Notes: generated by a model not told the origin, from the sequence alone. 64,000 nucleotides of DNA from Alphaproteobacteria bacterium (GCA_964291215.2 OZ219791.1:320001-384000), one strand, 5' to 3'; positions 48,347 to 60,150 are shown, counted from the first letter of the stretch. Translations and numbers: made by a program.

Positions 48347-50779
48347 ATGAAATTCCTGAAGATTGCTCTCCTGTGCGTGGTCCTTCTCGGTACCGTCGCG
48401 GCTGCGGCCGCGTTCTATGGTCTTTACCATTACGGACGCGGTCTGCCCGATTACCGGCAGCTCGCCGAGTACAAGCCCCCGATCGTGACCCGCGTCCATG
48501 CCGGCGACGGCCGCCTGATGGCGGAATTCGCCCGGGAACGGCGTGTCTTCGTGCCGGTGCGCGCAATGCCGAAGCCTGTCATCCGGGCGTTCCTTTCGGC
48601 CGAGGACAAGACGTTCTACAGCCATTTCGGCATCGACCCTCCGGGCATCGTCCGGGCCGCCATGACCAATCTCCTGAACATCGGCACCGGGCGGCGGGCC
48701 GTGGGAGCGTCAACGATCACCCAGCAGGTGGCAAAGAATTTCCTCGTCGGCAACGAGCTGTCGATCACCCGCAAGATCCAGGAGATCATCCTCGCCTTCC
48801 GCATCGAGCGCGCAATTTCGAAGGACAGGATCCTCGAACTCTATCTGAACCAGATCTATCTCGGCTTCGGGTCCTATGGCGTCGCTGCTGCGGCGCTCAA
48901 CTATTTCGACAAGTCGCTTGACGACCTGACCCTGCCCGAAGCGGCGTTCCTCGCCGGACTGCCGAAGGCACCGGCCAACTATCATCCGCTCCGGCATCCC
49001 CGCGCGGCGCGGGCGCGCCGCAACTACGTTCTGTCGCGCATGGCGGCCGACGGCCATGTCCCGCGCACCGATGCCGAAAAGGCGATGGCGGGGCCGGTGG
49101 CGGTGAGGCCGCCGTCCGTGATCCAGACCGCGCGGGCCGACTATTTCGTCGAGGAGGTGCGGCGCGAACTCGCGCAAAGGTACGGCGAGAACACCCTCTA
49201 TGGCGGCGGCCTGTCGGTGCGTTCCACCCTGTCCTCCCGCCTTCAAGAAGTTGCCGACATCGCGCTGCGCGCCGGCCTTTCCGCCTACGACCGGCGGCGC
49301 GGCTGGCGCGGTCCGCTCGGCCGGGTGGATCTCGGGCGCGACTGGAGGAGCGAGCTCGACCGGGCGCCGTTTCCCGACGACATCGCCGAATGGCGGCGCG
49401 CAGCCGTGCTCGAGGTGCGCCGCGAAGAAGTCTGGATAGGCTTCAGCGACGGCTCGGAGGGGCGCATTCCACTCGCCGAGATGCGGTGGGCTCGGGCGCT
49501 CGACGCCCGCGGCCGACGGGGCCCGAAGGTCGCAGACCCCGGCGACGTGCTGAAACCCGGCGATGCGGTGGCGGTCGAGAAGGTGATCCGCAGCAGCGAC
49601 GGCAAGACCTATCCCGCCGACACCTACGGCCTGCGGCAAATTCCCGAAGTCAATGGCGGGCTGGTCGCGATCGATCCCCATACCGGCCGCGTCCTCGCCA
49701 TGAGCGGCGGTTTCTCGGCGGCGCTCAGCAGTTTTAACCGCGTCACGCAGGCGTCGCGGCAACCTGGCTCGGCGTTCAAGCCCATCGTCTACCTGGCCGC
49801 GCTCGAATCCGGCTTCACCCCGTCGAGCCTGGTTCTTGACGCACCCTTCGTGATGGACATGGGGCCCGGCCTCGGGCGCTGGCGGCCGGAGAACTACGCC
49901 CGGCGATTCTACGGGCCGAGCACGCTGCGCGTCGGCATCGAGAGATCACGCAACCTGATGACGGTGCGCCTCGCCCGCGACATCGGCATGGAAAAGATCG
50001 CCGCCTACGCGGAGGCGTTCGGGATCGTCGAGCGGATGCCGCAGGTCATGGCGATGGCGCTGGGTTCGGGGGAGACCACACTGCTGCGCCTCACGGCCGC
50101 CTACGCCATGCTCGTCAATGGCGGCCGACACATCCGCCCGACCCTGATCGACCGCATCCAGGACCGCGACGGAACCACCGTGTTCCGCCACGACCGGCGC
50201 GACTGCCCGGCCTGCAGAAGCGCTGACTGGGATGGCGGAGAGACCCCCGGCCTGCCCGACGAGCGCGAAGCGGTAGCTGATCCGCGTGCCGCCTACCAGG
50301 TAGTGTCGATGCTCGAGGGGGCGGTACGGCGCGGAACCGGACGCGCCATCCGGTCGCTGGGCCGGCCACTCGCCGGCAAGACCGGCACCACCAACGAAAG
50401 CCGCGACGCGTGGTTCATCGGGTTCTCTCCGGATCTTGCTGTCGGCGTATTCGTCGGCTATGATCGGCCGAGGTCGCTGGGACGCCGGGAGACGGGCGCC
50501 TCTGTGGCGGTTCCGATATTCAGGCATTTCATGGAGATGGCGCTGGCCGACGAACCGGCCATTCCCTTCAGGGTGCCGCCCGGAGTGCTTCTGGTGCGGG
50601 TCGACCCCGCAACCGGGGTGCCGGCCGCACCGGGAGCGAAGAACGTCATTCTCGAAGCCTTCCTTCCCGGGACAGTGCCGCTGGAGCAGACCGCGGTGCT
50701 CGACGGCAGCGACCGGGAACCGGCGGCCGCAGGCCAGACACCGCCGGGCGGCAGCGGGAGGCTGCGCGGCCTTTACTGA
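48347..50779 (+). CDS. mrcA: Penicillin-binding protein 1A
   Basis: AEDKTFYSH.GID, GASTITQQ, PGSAFKP (SxxK), SRN, KTGT motifs. Confidence 0.93.
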   Translation: MKFLKIALLCVVLLGTVAAAAAFYGLYHYGRGLPDYRQLAEYKPPIVTRVHAGDGRLMAEFARERRVFVPVRAMPKPVIRAFLSAEDKTFYSHFGIDPPGIVRAAMTNLLNIGTGRRAVGASTITQQVAKNFLVGNELSITRKIQEIILAFRIERAISKDRILELYLNQIYLGFGSYGVAAAALNYFDKSLDDLTLPEAAFLAGLPKAPANYHPLRHPRAARARRNYVLSRMAADGHVPRTDAEKAMAGPVAVRPPSVIQTARADYFVEEVRRELAQRYGENTLYGGGLSVRSTLSSRLQEVADIALRAGLSAYDRRRGWRGPLGRVDLGRDWRSELDRAPFPDDIAEWRRAAVLEVRREEVWIGFSDGSEGRIPLAEMRWARALDARGRRGPKVADPGDVLKPGDAVAVEKVIRSSDGKTYPADTYGLRQIPEVNGGLVAIDPHTGRVLAMSGGFSAALSSFNRVTQASRQPGSAFKPIVYLAALESGFTPSSLVLDAPFVMDMGPGLGRWRPENYARRFYGPSTLRVGIERSRNLMTVRLARDIGMEKIAAYAEAFGIVERMPQVMAMALGSGETTLLRLTAAYAMLVNGGRHIRPTLIDRIQDRDGTTVFRHDRRDCPACRSADWDGGETPGLPDEREAVADPRAAYQVVSMLEGAVRRGTGRAIRSLGRPLAGKTGTTNESRDAWFIGFSPDLAVGVFVGYDRPRSLGRRETGASVAVPIFRHFMEMALADEPAIPFRVPPGVLLVRVDPATGVPAAPGAKNVILEAFLPGTVPLEQTAVLDGSDREPAAAGQTPPGGSGRLRGLY

Positions 50780-50857
50780 CCCCCGGCACGCTGCAAACGG
50801 GCGGTGTGCCGCACAGGCAGGCCGGTCGCTGCAACCCGGCCCGAGACGAGGAGTGCC

Positions 50858-52007
50858 ATGCGTAGCGAGAACCAAGCGGTCGCGGAACGGATAAAGCAGT
50901 CACTGGAACTGCTGAGGAGGCGTCTTTGACCCGGAGACGGCAGCTCGCCGCCTGACCGAACTCGACACCGAGGCCGAGGATCCCGATCTCTGGAAGGACC
51001 GACTCCGCGCGAGCCGCGTGATGCGCGAGCGCACCCTGATCGTGAAGTCCCTCGACGACTTCAAGAGCCTCGAACAGGAGTTTCGCGACACCGTCGAGTT
51101 GATCGAACTCGGCGAGGCGGAGGATGACGAAGAGATCGTGGCCGACGCCGCTGAGGCGCTATCGCGCCTCCAGCGTCTGGCGACGCAGCGCGAACTCGAG
51201 ACGTTGTTGTCGGGCGAGGCCGACGGCAATGACTGCTTCATCGAGATCAATGCCGGCGCCGGCGGCACCGAGTCGCAGGACTGGGCGCAGATGCTGTTTC
51301 GCATGTACATGCGCTGGGCCGAGGCCCACGGCTACCGGACCGAGATCCTTGACGAGAACCCGGGCGAGGAGGCGGGACTCAAATCCGCCTCGGCGCGCCT
51401 TCAGGGCGCCAACGCCTATGGCTGGATGAAAACCGAGAGCGGCGTGCACCGGCTGGTGCGGATATCTCCCTTCGATTCCGGCGCCCGGCGCCATACCAGC
51501 TTCGCGTCGGTCTGGGTCTACCCTGAAATCGACGACGACATCGAGATCGAGATCGATGATCGGGAACTCAGGGTCGACACCTATCGGTCCCAGGGCGCCG
51601 GCGGCCAGCATGTCAACACCACCGACAGCGCCGTCCGCATCACCCACCTGCCATCCGGAATCGTGGTCCAGTGCCAGAGCAACCGCTCGCAGCACCGCAA
51701 CCGCGCGGAAGCCATGCTCATGCTGCGCTCGCGGCTCTACGAGGCCGAATTGCAACGCCGCGAGGAAGCGGCCCGAGCCGAACAGGACGCCAAGGCCGAG
51801 ATCGGCTGGGGGCACCAGATACGGTCCTATGTCCTTCATCCCTACCGCATGGTCAAGGATCTTCGGACGGGCGTAGAGACGTCGAACACCCAGGCCGTGC
51901 TCGACGGCGACCTCGACAGTTTCATGGCCGCAGCGCTGGCGCAGCGCGTCACGGGCGGCGGCAGCGGTAACCCGGACCCCGCTGCAGCAGACGGGGCCAG
52001 CCGATAG
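50858..52007 (+). CDS. prfB: Peptide chain release factor 2 (programmed +1 frameshift)
   Basis: ATG at 50858 reads MRSENQ...LLRRRL, then CTT TGA C; the downstream frame has SPF and GGQ. Confidence 0.96.
50915..50930 (+). promoter_or_regulatory. RF2 autoregulatory frameshift cassette AGGAGG-CGT-CTT-TGA-C
   Basis: Internal Shine-Dalgarno 3 nt before CTTTGAC, the canonical prfB arrangement. Confidence 0.93.
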
Positions 52008-52097
52008 TTCCGGCGTGCCCGACAGGCAGGACGGACATGACGGCGAATTGCGACGCAGACGGCGGGGGCGGCCGCGGCACGGCCGGGGACCGGCAGC

Positions 52098-55000
52098 ATG
52101 GCAGCGGCTGAAGAAACGCCGCGGACGCGGTGGTGGCACATCGCTGCGGCTGCCGCAGCCGCGGCAGCGATCCTGCTCTCCGTTGCCGCCGGCCTTGCCT
52201 ACTGGCGCCTGACCGCCGGGCCGGTCTCGCTTGGATTCGCGCTGCCGCAGGCGGCGCGCTTTCTCGACCTCCCCGATTACGGGTTCCGCGCCGAACCCGA
52301 GGACATCATCGTCACCTGGCAGGGCCGGGACCAGCCGGTCCATGTCGAAATCGAGGGACTCGGGTACCGCAACCCTGCCGGACAGGTGGTCGCGCACTTC
52401 GAGAGGGCGGTCGCCGACATCAGCACGCAGGGGCTTCTCCGCGGCCGCATCGGGCTTGTCAGGCTCGAGCTCGTGCGCCCGCGCATTCAGCTGGTTGCAA
52501 ACCCGCCGACGGAAGATTCTCCCGGGAGGCACGACACGTACACCTCGCTCGCGATCGACGCGCTGTTCCGGATCCAGGCACATGTGAACAGGCACATGCC
52601 GTTCCTCGAACGGTTGCGAATTAACAACGCCGCGGCCGAGTTCGCGCTGCAGCAGGGGCTCGCTCCGGTCAGGTTCCCCGACATCGACATCGACATCCGG
52701 CGCAATGCCTCGGGCGTCGCCGGCTCCTTCGCCCTTGCGGCCGATGTCGGCGGCGATACCGGCACGGTGCGCGGCACCGCCGTCCATAGCGACAGCGACG
52801 GCTCCATGACGCTGATCGTCGATTTTGCAGGCTTCGGGCTCCGCACCTTCATGGAGCAGCTGACCGGAACTGCCGGCCGGTTCATCCCGCGAACCGACCT
52901 TTCCGGCTGGCTCTCGCTGGCGATCGGAGGCGACGGCAAGCTGAGCAAAACCGCGTTCGCTCTCGAGACCGGCTCCGGCGCGATCCCGGCCCCCGTGTCC
53001 GGCGCAGCGCCGCTCAGGTTCCGCAGGCTGGAGCTCAGCGGGCGCCTCGATCCGGCGTCCGGACGCCTGCTCGTGGACGATACGGAACTTGCGTTCGACC
53101 GCATCCGGGTTGCGGTGAAGAATGCCGCGGTGCGCCTGGGAGAGACGACAGAGGTGCGCGCCCGCATCGAGACGGCAAACATAGGGCACAATGCTCTGGC
53201 CGGGCTCTGGCCGGAGTCTCTCGGCAGCGGCGTGCGGCGCTGGGTGCTGGCGAATCTCGCGGACGGCACGGTGCGGACGATCGCTGCCGACGTGACGGCC
53301 CTGGTGACCACCGGCGACGACGGGCTCGCGGTGGCGGTCCGGGATTTTGCGGGCCGCGCGGCGCTCGAGGGTTACAGCGTGACCTATCTTGCTCCCCTGC
53401 CGCCGGTACGCGATGTCAACGCAGAGATGACCTTCGCCGGCGACCGCGTGGACTTTCAGGTGAGCAGCGGACGGGCCGGGGCGCTCAGCATCCGCAAGAC
53501 GGGGATCCACATCCGCGATATCGGCAAGACGCGCGGGACGATGTCGATTTCGCTCACCGTGGCGGGACCGGTGCGCGCGGCGCTCGCGCTTCTCGGGCAT
53601 CCGCGCCTCAACCTCCTTCCGAAGTCGAGCGGCGGCGGGAAAGGCGTCTCGGGCAGCCATGTAACTCTGCTCGAGTTCGGTTTTCCGCGTCTCGACGCGC
53701 TGGCGATGGACGATGTCGAGGTCTCCGCGAAATCGGAGATCTCGGAGCTCGGGATACCGGGGATTTTCCGCGACATCGCGCTCAGGGACGGCAGGTTCCG
53801 ACTCGAGTTCCGCGGCAGCAAGCTGGCCGCTGACGGCGTCGCGAAGATCTCCGGGCGAACGGTCCAGATTAGCTTCCGCGAGGATGTCTCAAGCGGCGGG
53901 GCCAGAATCGTTTCAGGAGCGGCAACCGCCGGCCCGGAGACGGCGGCACTTTTCGGGGTCGATGTCCTGCCCTATCTGCGCGGGTCGGCAGGCGTGCGCT
54001 TCGTCTACAGCCGCCGCGGCAGCGACGCGGCGGCGCTCTCGCTGACGCTTGATCTCCGGCGGACCAGGGTCATGGCTCCGGTGCTCGGCCAGGTCAAGGC
54101 GCTGCGGGAGCCGGGTACGGCACGACTGAAACTCGCGTTCCGCAGCGACCGCGACGCAATACTCTCGGAATTCTCCGTCGATACCGACCGGCTGAAGGCG
54201 GTGGTACAGCGCATGAGGAGCGGCCTGTGGAAGACGCAGATCGCATCCGGCCGCACTTCGATCGAGGGCACGGTCGAGTTCCGCGCAGACGGCTCCCTGG
54301 TCGTCGACGTCACCGGTCCCGAACTCGACACGCAACCGTTCCTCGTAGGCGCGACCGGCGGAGGAACATCGGATCTGCCGCCGTTCCGGGTGCTCGGAGC
54401 CTTCCGGAAACTGTGGATCGACCCCAGGCTGGCGCTCGCCAACGCGCGAATTCTCCTCGACCGCGGGCCCGGAGACTGGCGGCGCGCCCGGCTCACGGCC
54501 AGGCTCCCGAAGAACAACCGAACCATCGAAGCGGAACTCTCGCGGACCGACAAGGGCTACGACCTTGCCGTCAAGAGCGACGATGCGGGCGCGGTCCTTG
54601 CGGCACTCGGGATCACCGACGTGATGGTCGGCGGCGCGCTTGATCTGAAAGCGCAGCGTGCCGACGGTCCGGCAAGCGCCTGGAACGGGACCGTGAAAAC
54701 CGGCAAGTTCCGGATCGTGCGCACGCCACCGCTTGTCCGTCTCCTCAAAAGGATGTCTCTCGCCGGAATCGCGCAGCTGTCCGATACCGACGAGCTTCGC
54801 TTCACGAAGATGGCCGTCCCTTTCGAATATCTCGATGGCATCGCAAAAATCGACGAGGCTCGCGTCAGCGGGTCCGAACTCTCGCTGACCGCGTCGGGCA
54901 ATCTGAATATTGCCCGCGACACCATCGACCTTCGCGGAAACGTCGTGCCCGCGCCGGTGATAAACCGCCTGCTCGCCGGAATTCCGATTCTCGGTCCGCT

Positions 55001-55193
55001 CGCCGCCGGTGGCGACGAATCGAGCGTTTTCGCGGCTTCCTGGCGCGCGAAGGGGCCGGCCTCCGATCCCCGGTTCACGATCAATCCGCTGACGCTGCTG
55101 GCACCCACGGTCATTCGCAAGGTAATCGAAGGGTTCGCCGAGGGTGCGGCCAGCGGCACGAGCCTCCGCCCGGCGCCGACGGAGGCCAACTGA
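52098..55193 (+). CDS. AsmA-like / YhdP (DUF3971) outer-membrane bridge protein
   Basis: 1031 aa, N-terminal TM, beta-rich; C-terminal IPILG.L..G...FA..W..KG...P...INPL. Confidence 0.8.
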   Translation: MAAAEETPRTRWWHIAAAAAAAAAILLSVAAGLAYWRLTAGPVSLGFALPQAARFLDLPDYGFRAEPEDIIVTWQGRDQPVHVEIEGLGYRNPAGQVVAHFERAVADISTQGLLRGRIGLVRLELVRPRIQLVANPPTEDSPGRHDTYTSLAIDALFRIQAHVNRHMPFLERLRINNAAAEFALQQGLAPVRFPDIDIDIRRNASGVAGSFALAADVGGDTGTVRGTAVHSDSDGSMTLIVDFAGFGLRTFMEQLTGTAGRFIPRTDLSGWLSLAIGGDGKLSKTAFALETGSGAIPAPVSGAAPLRFRRLELSGRLDPASGRLLVDDTELAFDRIRVAVKNAAVRLGETTEVRARIETANIGHNALAGLWPESLGSGVRRWVLANLADGTVRTIAADVTALVTTGDDGLAVAVRDFAGRAALEGYSVTYLAPLPPVRDVNAEMTFAGDRVDFQVSSGRAGALSIRKTGIHIRDIGKTRGTMSISLTVAGPVRAALALLGHPRLNLLPKSSGGGKGVSGSHVTLLEFGFPRLDALAMDDVEVSAKSEISELGIPGIFRDIALRDGRFRLEFRGSKLAADGVAKISGRTVQISFREDVSSGGARIVSGAATAGPETAALFGVDVLPYLRGSAGVRFVYSRRGSDAAALSLTLDLRRTRVMAPVLGQVKALREPGTARLKLAFRSDRDAILSEFSVDTDRLKAVVQRMRSGLWKTQIASGRTSIEGTVEFRADGSLVVDVTGPELDTQPFLVGATGGGTSDLPPFRVLGAFRKLWIDPRLALANARILLDRGPGDWRRARLTARLPKNNRTIEAELSRTDKGYDLAVKSDDAGAVLAALGITDVMVGGALDLKAQRADGPASAWNGTVKTGKFRIVRTPPLVRLLKRMSLAGIAQLSDTDELRFTKMAVPFEYLDGIAKIDEARVSGSELSLTASGNLNIARDTIDLRGNVVPAPVINRLLAGIPILGPLAAGGDESSVFAASWRAKGPASDPRFTINPLTLLAPTVIRKVIEGFAEGAASGTSLRPAPTEAN

Positions 55194-55371
55194 CCGGAAC
55201 CTCGCCTGACCGCATACGTTTTGGCGGATTCCGCCGACCGGCATTCGGGGCGGCATGCCGGGATCCAGCGGGTTGATGCGGGCGCCAGGACGGGAACCGG
55301 CGCAGGATACGGACATCGGAGGCCGCCAAGCCATTCAGCAAGGAAACCGCGGCCTGCCCCCCCGAGAGTCG

Positions 55372-56634
55372 TCAGACAGCCCGCACAAGAACGTGGCGCT
55401 TGCGGCCGGCCGACAGCTTGAGCATGCGGTCGGCGGCCAGATCGGCGGCCGTCACCGCACGGTTCTCGTCGTCGAGTCGGACATCGTTGAGCCGTCCGCC
55501 GCCGCCCCGTATCAGGCGCCGCGCGGCGGTGCCTGATTCAGCCAGCCCGGCACGCCGGAAGAGGTCGAATGCCGCGAGGCCGGCATCGAGTTCGGCGCGC
55601 GGGATCTCGACTGTGGGGAGTCCTCCGGACGCCATCCCGCGCTCGAAGGTTTCCTGCGCCGTGTCCCGCGCAGCGCTTGCGGCATCCTTTCCGTGACAGA
55701 GCGCGGTCGCCTCGTCGGCGAGAATCTTCTTGGCCTCGTTGATTTCGGCGCCCTTGAGCACCTCGATCCTGGCTATCTCGCCGAGCGGCAACTCGGTGAA
55801 CAGCCGCAGGAACCTGCCGACATCACTGTCGTCGGTGTTGCGCCAGAACTGCCAGTAGTCGTACGCGCTCACGCGGTCTGCATTGAGCCACAGGGCGCCG
55901 TCGGCGGTCTTGCCCATCTTGGCGCCCGACGCCGTGGTCAGCAGGGGCGTCGTCAAGCCGAACAGGGCGGCGCCGTCGGCGCGGCGCCCGAGTTCGACGC
56001 CGTTCACGATATTGCCCCACTGGTCGGATCCTCCCATCTGCAGGATGCAGTCGTGGCGCCGGTGGAGCTCGAGAAAATCGTAGGCCTGGAGAATCATGTA
56101 GTTGAACTCGAGGAAACTCAGTGTCTGCTCGCGCTCAAGCCGCAGCCGCACCGAATCGAAGCCGAGCATGCGGTTTATCGAGAAATGCGAGCCATATTCC
56201 CTTAGGAACGGAATGTAGGAGAGGCCGTCGAGCCATTCGGCATTATCGGCCATGACCGCGTCGGTCGGGTCATCGCCGAAGGACAGGAATCTCGCGAAGA
56301 CGGCCTGGATGCCGTCCTTGTTGGCGGCAATTTCCGCTTCGCCGAGCAGCTTGCGGCTCCCGTCCTTGCCCGACGGGTCGCCGACCTTGCTCGTGCCACC
56401 ACCCATGAGCACGATCGGCCGGTGGCCGCATTTCTGGAACCAGCGCAGCAGCATGATTGGCAGCAGGCTTCCGACGTGCAGGCTGTCGGCCGTGCAGTCG
56501 AAACCGATATAGCAGGTCCGCGGCACACCGCCGGCGAGAAGCCCGTCAAGCGCTGCGGAGTCGGTGCACTGGTGTAGGAACCCGCGCGCGACGACCGTGT
56601 TCAGGAAATCGGACCGCATGGTGGTGTCGGACAT
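55372..56634 (-). CDS. tyrS: Tyrosine--tRNA ligase
   Basis: [34 protein letters not shown]; C-terminal S4-like domain. Confidence 0.97.
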   Translation of the reverse strand: MSDTTMRSDFLNTVVARGFLHQCTDSAALDGLLAGGVPRTCYIGFDCTADSLHVGSLLPIMLLRWFQKCGHRPIVLMGGGTSKVGDPSGKDGSRKLLGEAEIAANKDGIQAVFARFLSFGDDPTDAVMADNAEWLDGLSYIPFLREYGSHFSINRMLGFDSVRLRLEREQTLSFLEFNYMILQAYDFLELHRRHDCILQMGGSDQWGNIVNGVELGRRADGAALFGLTTPLLTTASGAKMGKTADGALWLNADRVSAYDYWQFWRNTDDSDVGRFLRLFTELPLGEIARIEVLKGAEINEAKKILADEATALCHGKDAASAARDTAQETFERGMASGGLPTVEIPRAELDAGLAAFDLFRRAGLAESGTAARRLIRGGGGRLNDVRLDDENRAVTAADLAADRMLKLSAGRKRHVLVRAV

Positions 56635-56881
56635 CGCTCGTACCCCGGCATGGTCGTTGTGCATCTTTCGGGAAATCCGTGGCGGGTGTCCGCCGGATGC
56701 CCGGGCATGCAGTCATCGCCTCCGGCACCCGCCCGTGAGCGGGACGGAGATCCTGCCTGCCAGGAAATATTCTCTGGAAAGCCGCAGGCCCCGCGCACCG
56801 CAGCCACTGTAACCGTGTCCGTTCGCATATTATATTGCCCGAAAGCCGTTGCAACCCCGGAAACGCACAGGAAACAGGAAG

Positions 56882-58426
56882 ATGCTCACCATGCGTTCAG
56901 CCCTTGAACGGGCACTCCGGATCCACGGCGCGAACACCGCGATCGTCGATGATGAGAAAGACTTCACGTGGGCCGCGCACATGGAACGCGTCATGCGCCT
57001 CGCCACGGTCCTCGGCGACCTGGGCATTGGCCCCGGCGACCGTTTCGGCATCATCTGCCGCAACACCTGGCGCCACTGCGAACTCCTCCATGCCGGCTAC
57101 TGGAACGGCTCGATCCCGGTGCCGGTGAACTACCGGCTCGCGCCGCCGGAGATCGGGTTTATCCTCGAGGACTCGAAAATCACCCGGCTGTTCGTGGAGG
57201 ACGCCTTTCCCGACCTCCTCGCCGCCGAGGCGCTCGCGCCATGGCGCGACAGTGCTGTCTGCATCGCCGGCGGCGGAGCGGAAGCGCCGCCCCCACGGAC
57301 CGACGAGATGATCGACGCCGCCCGCCCCGCCGACGGCCATGCGAGCGCCGAGGACGACGACGCCATTCTGCTCTATACCGGCGGTACCACCGGGCGCTCG
57401 AAGGGCGTGCGCCTCAGCCATCGAAACGTGGTTTCAAACGGCATGCAATGCGCGGTCGCGATGAAGATGCGCGCCGACGATGTCTACCTCCATGTCGCGC
57501 CCATGTTCCATTCGGCCGACCTTCTCGGCACCGGCTACACGCTGGTCGGCGGCGGCCATGCCTACCTGCCGGTCTTTACCCCGGCTAACCTCCTCGCTGC
57601 ACTCCGTGACCACCGCGCGACCTCGGTCATGCTGGCGCCGACGATGATCATCCTGACGCTCCAGGATCCTGATTTCTCGGGACACGGGCTCGGCGCCTTC
57701 CGACGCCTCTTCTACGGCTCCTCGCCGATGGCCGTCGAATGGATCCGCCGCACCATGGAGGCGTTCCCCGGGGTCGCCGTGCAGCAGGGTTACGGCCTCA
57801 CCGAGACGTCACCCATCCTCACCACGCTGGACGAGGAGGAACACGCCGCCGCCATCGCGTCGGGCGAGCACAGCATCCTCCGCGCCGCCGGACGGCCGGT
57901 GATCGGCCTCGACATGCGCATTCTTCGCGATGGCGCGCCCGCCGCCGCGGGAGAAGCCGGGGAGGTCTCCGTGCGCGGGCCAAACGTGACCCGCGGCTAC
58001 CTCAACCGCCCGGACGACAACGCGCGCACCTTCGCCGACGGCTGGTTCCTCACCGGCGATGTCGGGCGCATGGACGAGAACGGCTATCTCTACCTCCTCG
58101 ACCGCAGCCGCGACGTCATCATCACCGGCGGCGAAAACGTCTATTCGTCGGAGGTCGAGGCAGTCCTCTATCAGCATGAGGATGTGGTCGAATGCGCCGT
58201 CGTCGGCATTCCCGACGAGACGTTCGGTGAAGCGCTGTTCGCTGCCGTCGTGGCGCGTCCGGGATCGGCGCTCGACGCGGACCGGCTCGTCGCGCACTGC
58301 CGCGGGCGCATCGGCGGCTACAAGATCCCGCGCCGGTACAGGTTCGTCGAGGAGTTGCCAAAGAGTGCGATGGGCAAGATCCTCAAGACCGAACTCAGGA
58401 AGATCTATGGAGGATCCGCGACATGA
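56882..58426 (+). CDS. AMP-dependent acyl/aryl-CoA ligase
   Basis: YTGGTTGRSKG, GYGLTE, TGD, GGENVY, PKSAMGK motifs. Confidence 0.92.
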   Translation: MLTMRSALERALRIHGANTAIVDDEKDFTWAAHMERVMRLATVLGDLGIGPGDRFGIICRNTWRHCELLHAGYWNGSIPVPVNYRLAPPEIGFILEDSKITRLFVEDAFPDLLAAEALAPWRDSAVCIAGGGAEAPPPRTDEMIDAARPADGHASAEDDDAILLYTGGTTGRSKGVRLSHRNVVSNGMQCAVAMKMRADDVYLHVAPMFHSADLLGTGYTLVGGGHAYLPVFTPANLLAALRDHRATSVMLAPTMIILTLQDPDFSGHGLGAFRRLFYGSSPMAVEWIRRTMEAFPGVAVQQGYGLTETSPILTTLDEEEHAAAIASGEHSILRAAGRPVIGLDMRILRDGAPAAAGEAGEVSVRGPNVTRGYLNRPDDNARTFADGWFLTGDVGRMDENGYLYLLDRSRDVIITGGENVYSSEVEAVLYQHEDVVECAVVGIPDETFGEALFAAVVARPGSALDADRLVAHCRGRIGGYKIPRRYRFVEELPKSAMGKILKTELRKIYGGSAT

Positions 58427-58827
58427 AGGACACGCTGAAGGCCGGCCTCGAGGGCCGGCGGAGTTGGACCGTGGACAGCGAGCGCACGATCGCTTTCATG
58501 GGCGACGAGCTTCGCGTCTACGCCACGCCATACATGGTGCGCGACATCGAGGAAACCTCCCGACTCCTCGTCGGGGCGCATCTCGACGACGGCGAGGAGA
58601 CGGTGGGCGCGCATGTCTCGGTGGACCATCTCGGCGCCACCCTCCTCGGCATGACGGTCGAGGTCGCCGCCACCGTCACGGAAGTCGACGGCAGGCGCGT
58701 AACTCTCGAGGTCACGGTCCATGACGGGCTCGACCTCGTGGGCAAGGCCCGTCACGTGCGCTTCGTGATCGACCGCGAGCGTCAGCGCGAGCGCCTGGAG
58801 AAGAAACGGGCGCGGCTTCAGCCATAG
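58423..58827 (+). CDS. Hotdog thioesterase, FlK (fluoroacetyl-CoA thioesterase)-like
   Basis: VYATP..E..TVG..V.H..AT, with Thr/Glu/His at the expected positions; ATGA overlap with the ligase. Confidence 0.82.
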   Translation: MKDTLKAGLEGRRSWTVDSERTIAFMGDELRVYATPYMVRDIEETSRLLVGAHLDDGEETVGAHVSVDHLGATLLGMTVEVAATVTEVDGRRVTLEVTVHDGLDLVGKARHVRFVIDRERQRERLEKKRARLQP

Positions 58828-60134
58828 AACAGCCGCGGCAGCAGGAGCGATATTCCCGGCGCCGCAACGAGGATCGCAAGACGCACGATATCGGCGCACC
58901 AGAACGGGGTGACCCCGCGGAACACGGTCGCCGTCGAGACATCGCGCACGACGCCCGAGAGCACGAACACGTTGAGCCCGACCGGCGGCGTGATCAGGCT
59001 GATCTCGGTGACGACGACGGCAATGACGCCGAACCAGACCAGGATCTGCTCGGGCCCGAGCCCGCCATAACCGAGTTCCTTGATCACGGGGAAGAAAATC
59101 GGGACGGTCAGCAGCAGCATCGACAGGCTCTCGAACACGCAGCCGAGCACGACATAGATGGCGAGGATGATGACGATCACGGTAAGCGGTGGCAGCTCCT
59201 GACCGGAGACCAGCGCAAGGAGCCCGTCGGGCAGGCCGGCGCGATTGACGAAGTTGGAGAAGATCAGGGCCCCGATCAGTACCGCGAACAGCACCGCGGT
59301 CGTGCGCGCACTGTCGGCAAGGACCTCGCAGAAGCCGCGCCAGGTCAGCGTGCGCCGCGACAGGGCGATGAGGAAGGCACCGCCGGCGCCGATCCCGGCC
59401 GCCTCGGTCGGCGTGAAGGCACCGCCGTAGATGCCGCCCATGACCACGGCAAACAGCAGCAGCGTTCCCCACACGCCGCGCAGCGCCTGCAGCTGCTCGC
59501 GTCCGCCGCGGCGCGGCGCCGCCGGCCCGGCCGCCGGGTCCCGCCACACCACGTAGCGCACCGCCGCCATGTAGAGCACGATGCCGACAATGCCGGGGAG
59601 GAGTCCGGCTGCGAACAGCTCGCGGATCGAGGTATCGGTCATCAAGCCATAGATAACCAGAATGACGCTTGGCGGGATGAGGATCCCGAGCGTGCCGCCG
59701 GCTGCGATCGATGCGGTTGCGAGCGTGTCGGCGTACCCGTAGCGGCGCATCGGCGGCAGCGCCACCTTTGACATGGTGGCGGCGGTAGCCAGCGATGAGC
59801 CGCAGATCGCGCTGAAACCCCCGCAGGCGAGCACGGTCGCCATCGAGAGCCCGCCGCGGCGGTGGCCGAGAAAGGCGTGCGAGGCATCGTAGAGTTCGGC
59901 CGACAGGTTGGCGCGGACCACGAAATTGCCCATGAGGATAAACATGGGCACGACCGAGAGCCCGTAGTTCAGCGCCGTGTCGGAAACGATGGTGCCGACC
60001 ATGGCGAGCGACGGCTGCCATCCCGACAGCACCCCGAAGCCGGCAAACCCGACGATCCCCATCGCGAAGGCGATCGGCGTGCGCAGGAAAACGAGGACCA
60101 GCAAAACCGCGAAACCGACCAGCGCGACATCCAT
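58818..60134 (-). CDS. TRAP transporter large permease (DctM)
   Basis: GGTLGILIPPS, FTPTEAA, ITPPVGLNVF motifs. Confidence 0.95.
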   Translation of the reverse strand: MDVALVGFAVLLVLVFLRTPIAFAMGIVGFAGFGVLSGWQPSLAMVGTIVSDTALNYGLSVVPMFILMGNFVVRANLSAELYDASHAFLGHRRGGLSMATVLACGGFSAICGSSLATAATMSKVALPPMRRYGYADTLATASIAAGGTLGILIPPSVILVIYGLMTDTSIRELFAAGLLPGIVGIVLYMAAVRYVVWRDPAAGPAAPRRGGREQLQALRGVWGTLLLFAVVMGGIYGGAFTPTEAAGIGAGGAFLIALSRRTLTWRGFCEVLADSARTTAVLFAVLIGALIFSNFVNRAGLPDGLLALVSGQELPPLTVIVIILAIYVVLGCVFESLSMLLLTVPIFFPVIKELGYGGLGPEQILVWFGVIAVVVTEISLITPPVGLNVFVLSGVVRDVSTATVFRGVTPFWCADIVRLAILVAAPGISLLLPRLFYG

Positions 60135-60150
60135 GGGCCGGGCCTGCGGG

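Noticed and set aside
51159-53660. 833-aa minus-strand ORF and similar long ORFs (241-1434, 1670-3316, 6650-8248, 27757-29280, 36415-38277, 58405-60021)
   Set aside because: Antisense or off-frame shadows of well-supported genes in high-GC DNA; no recognisable motifs.
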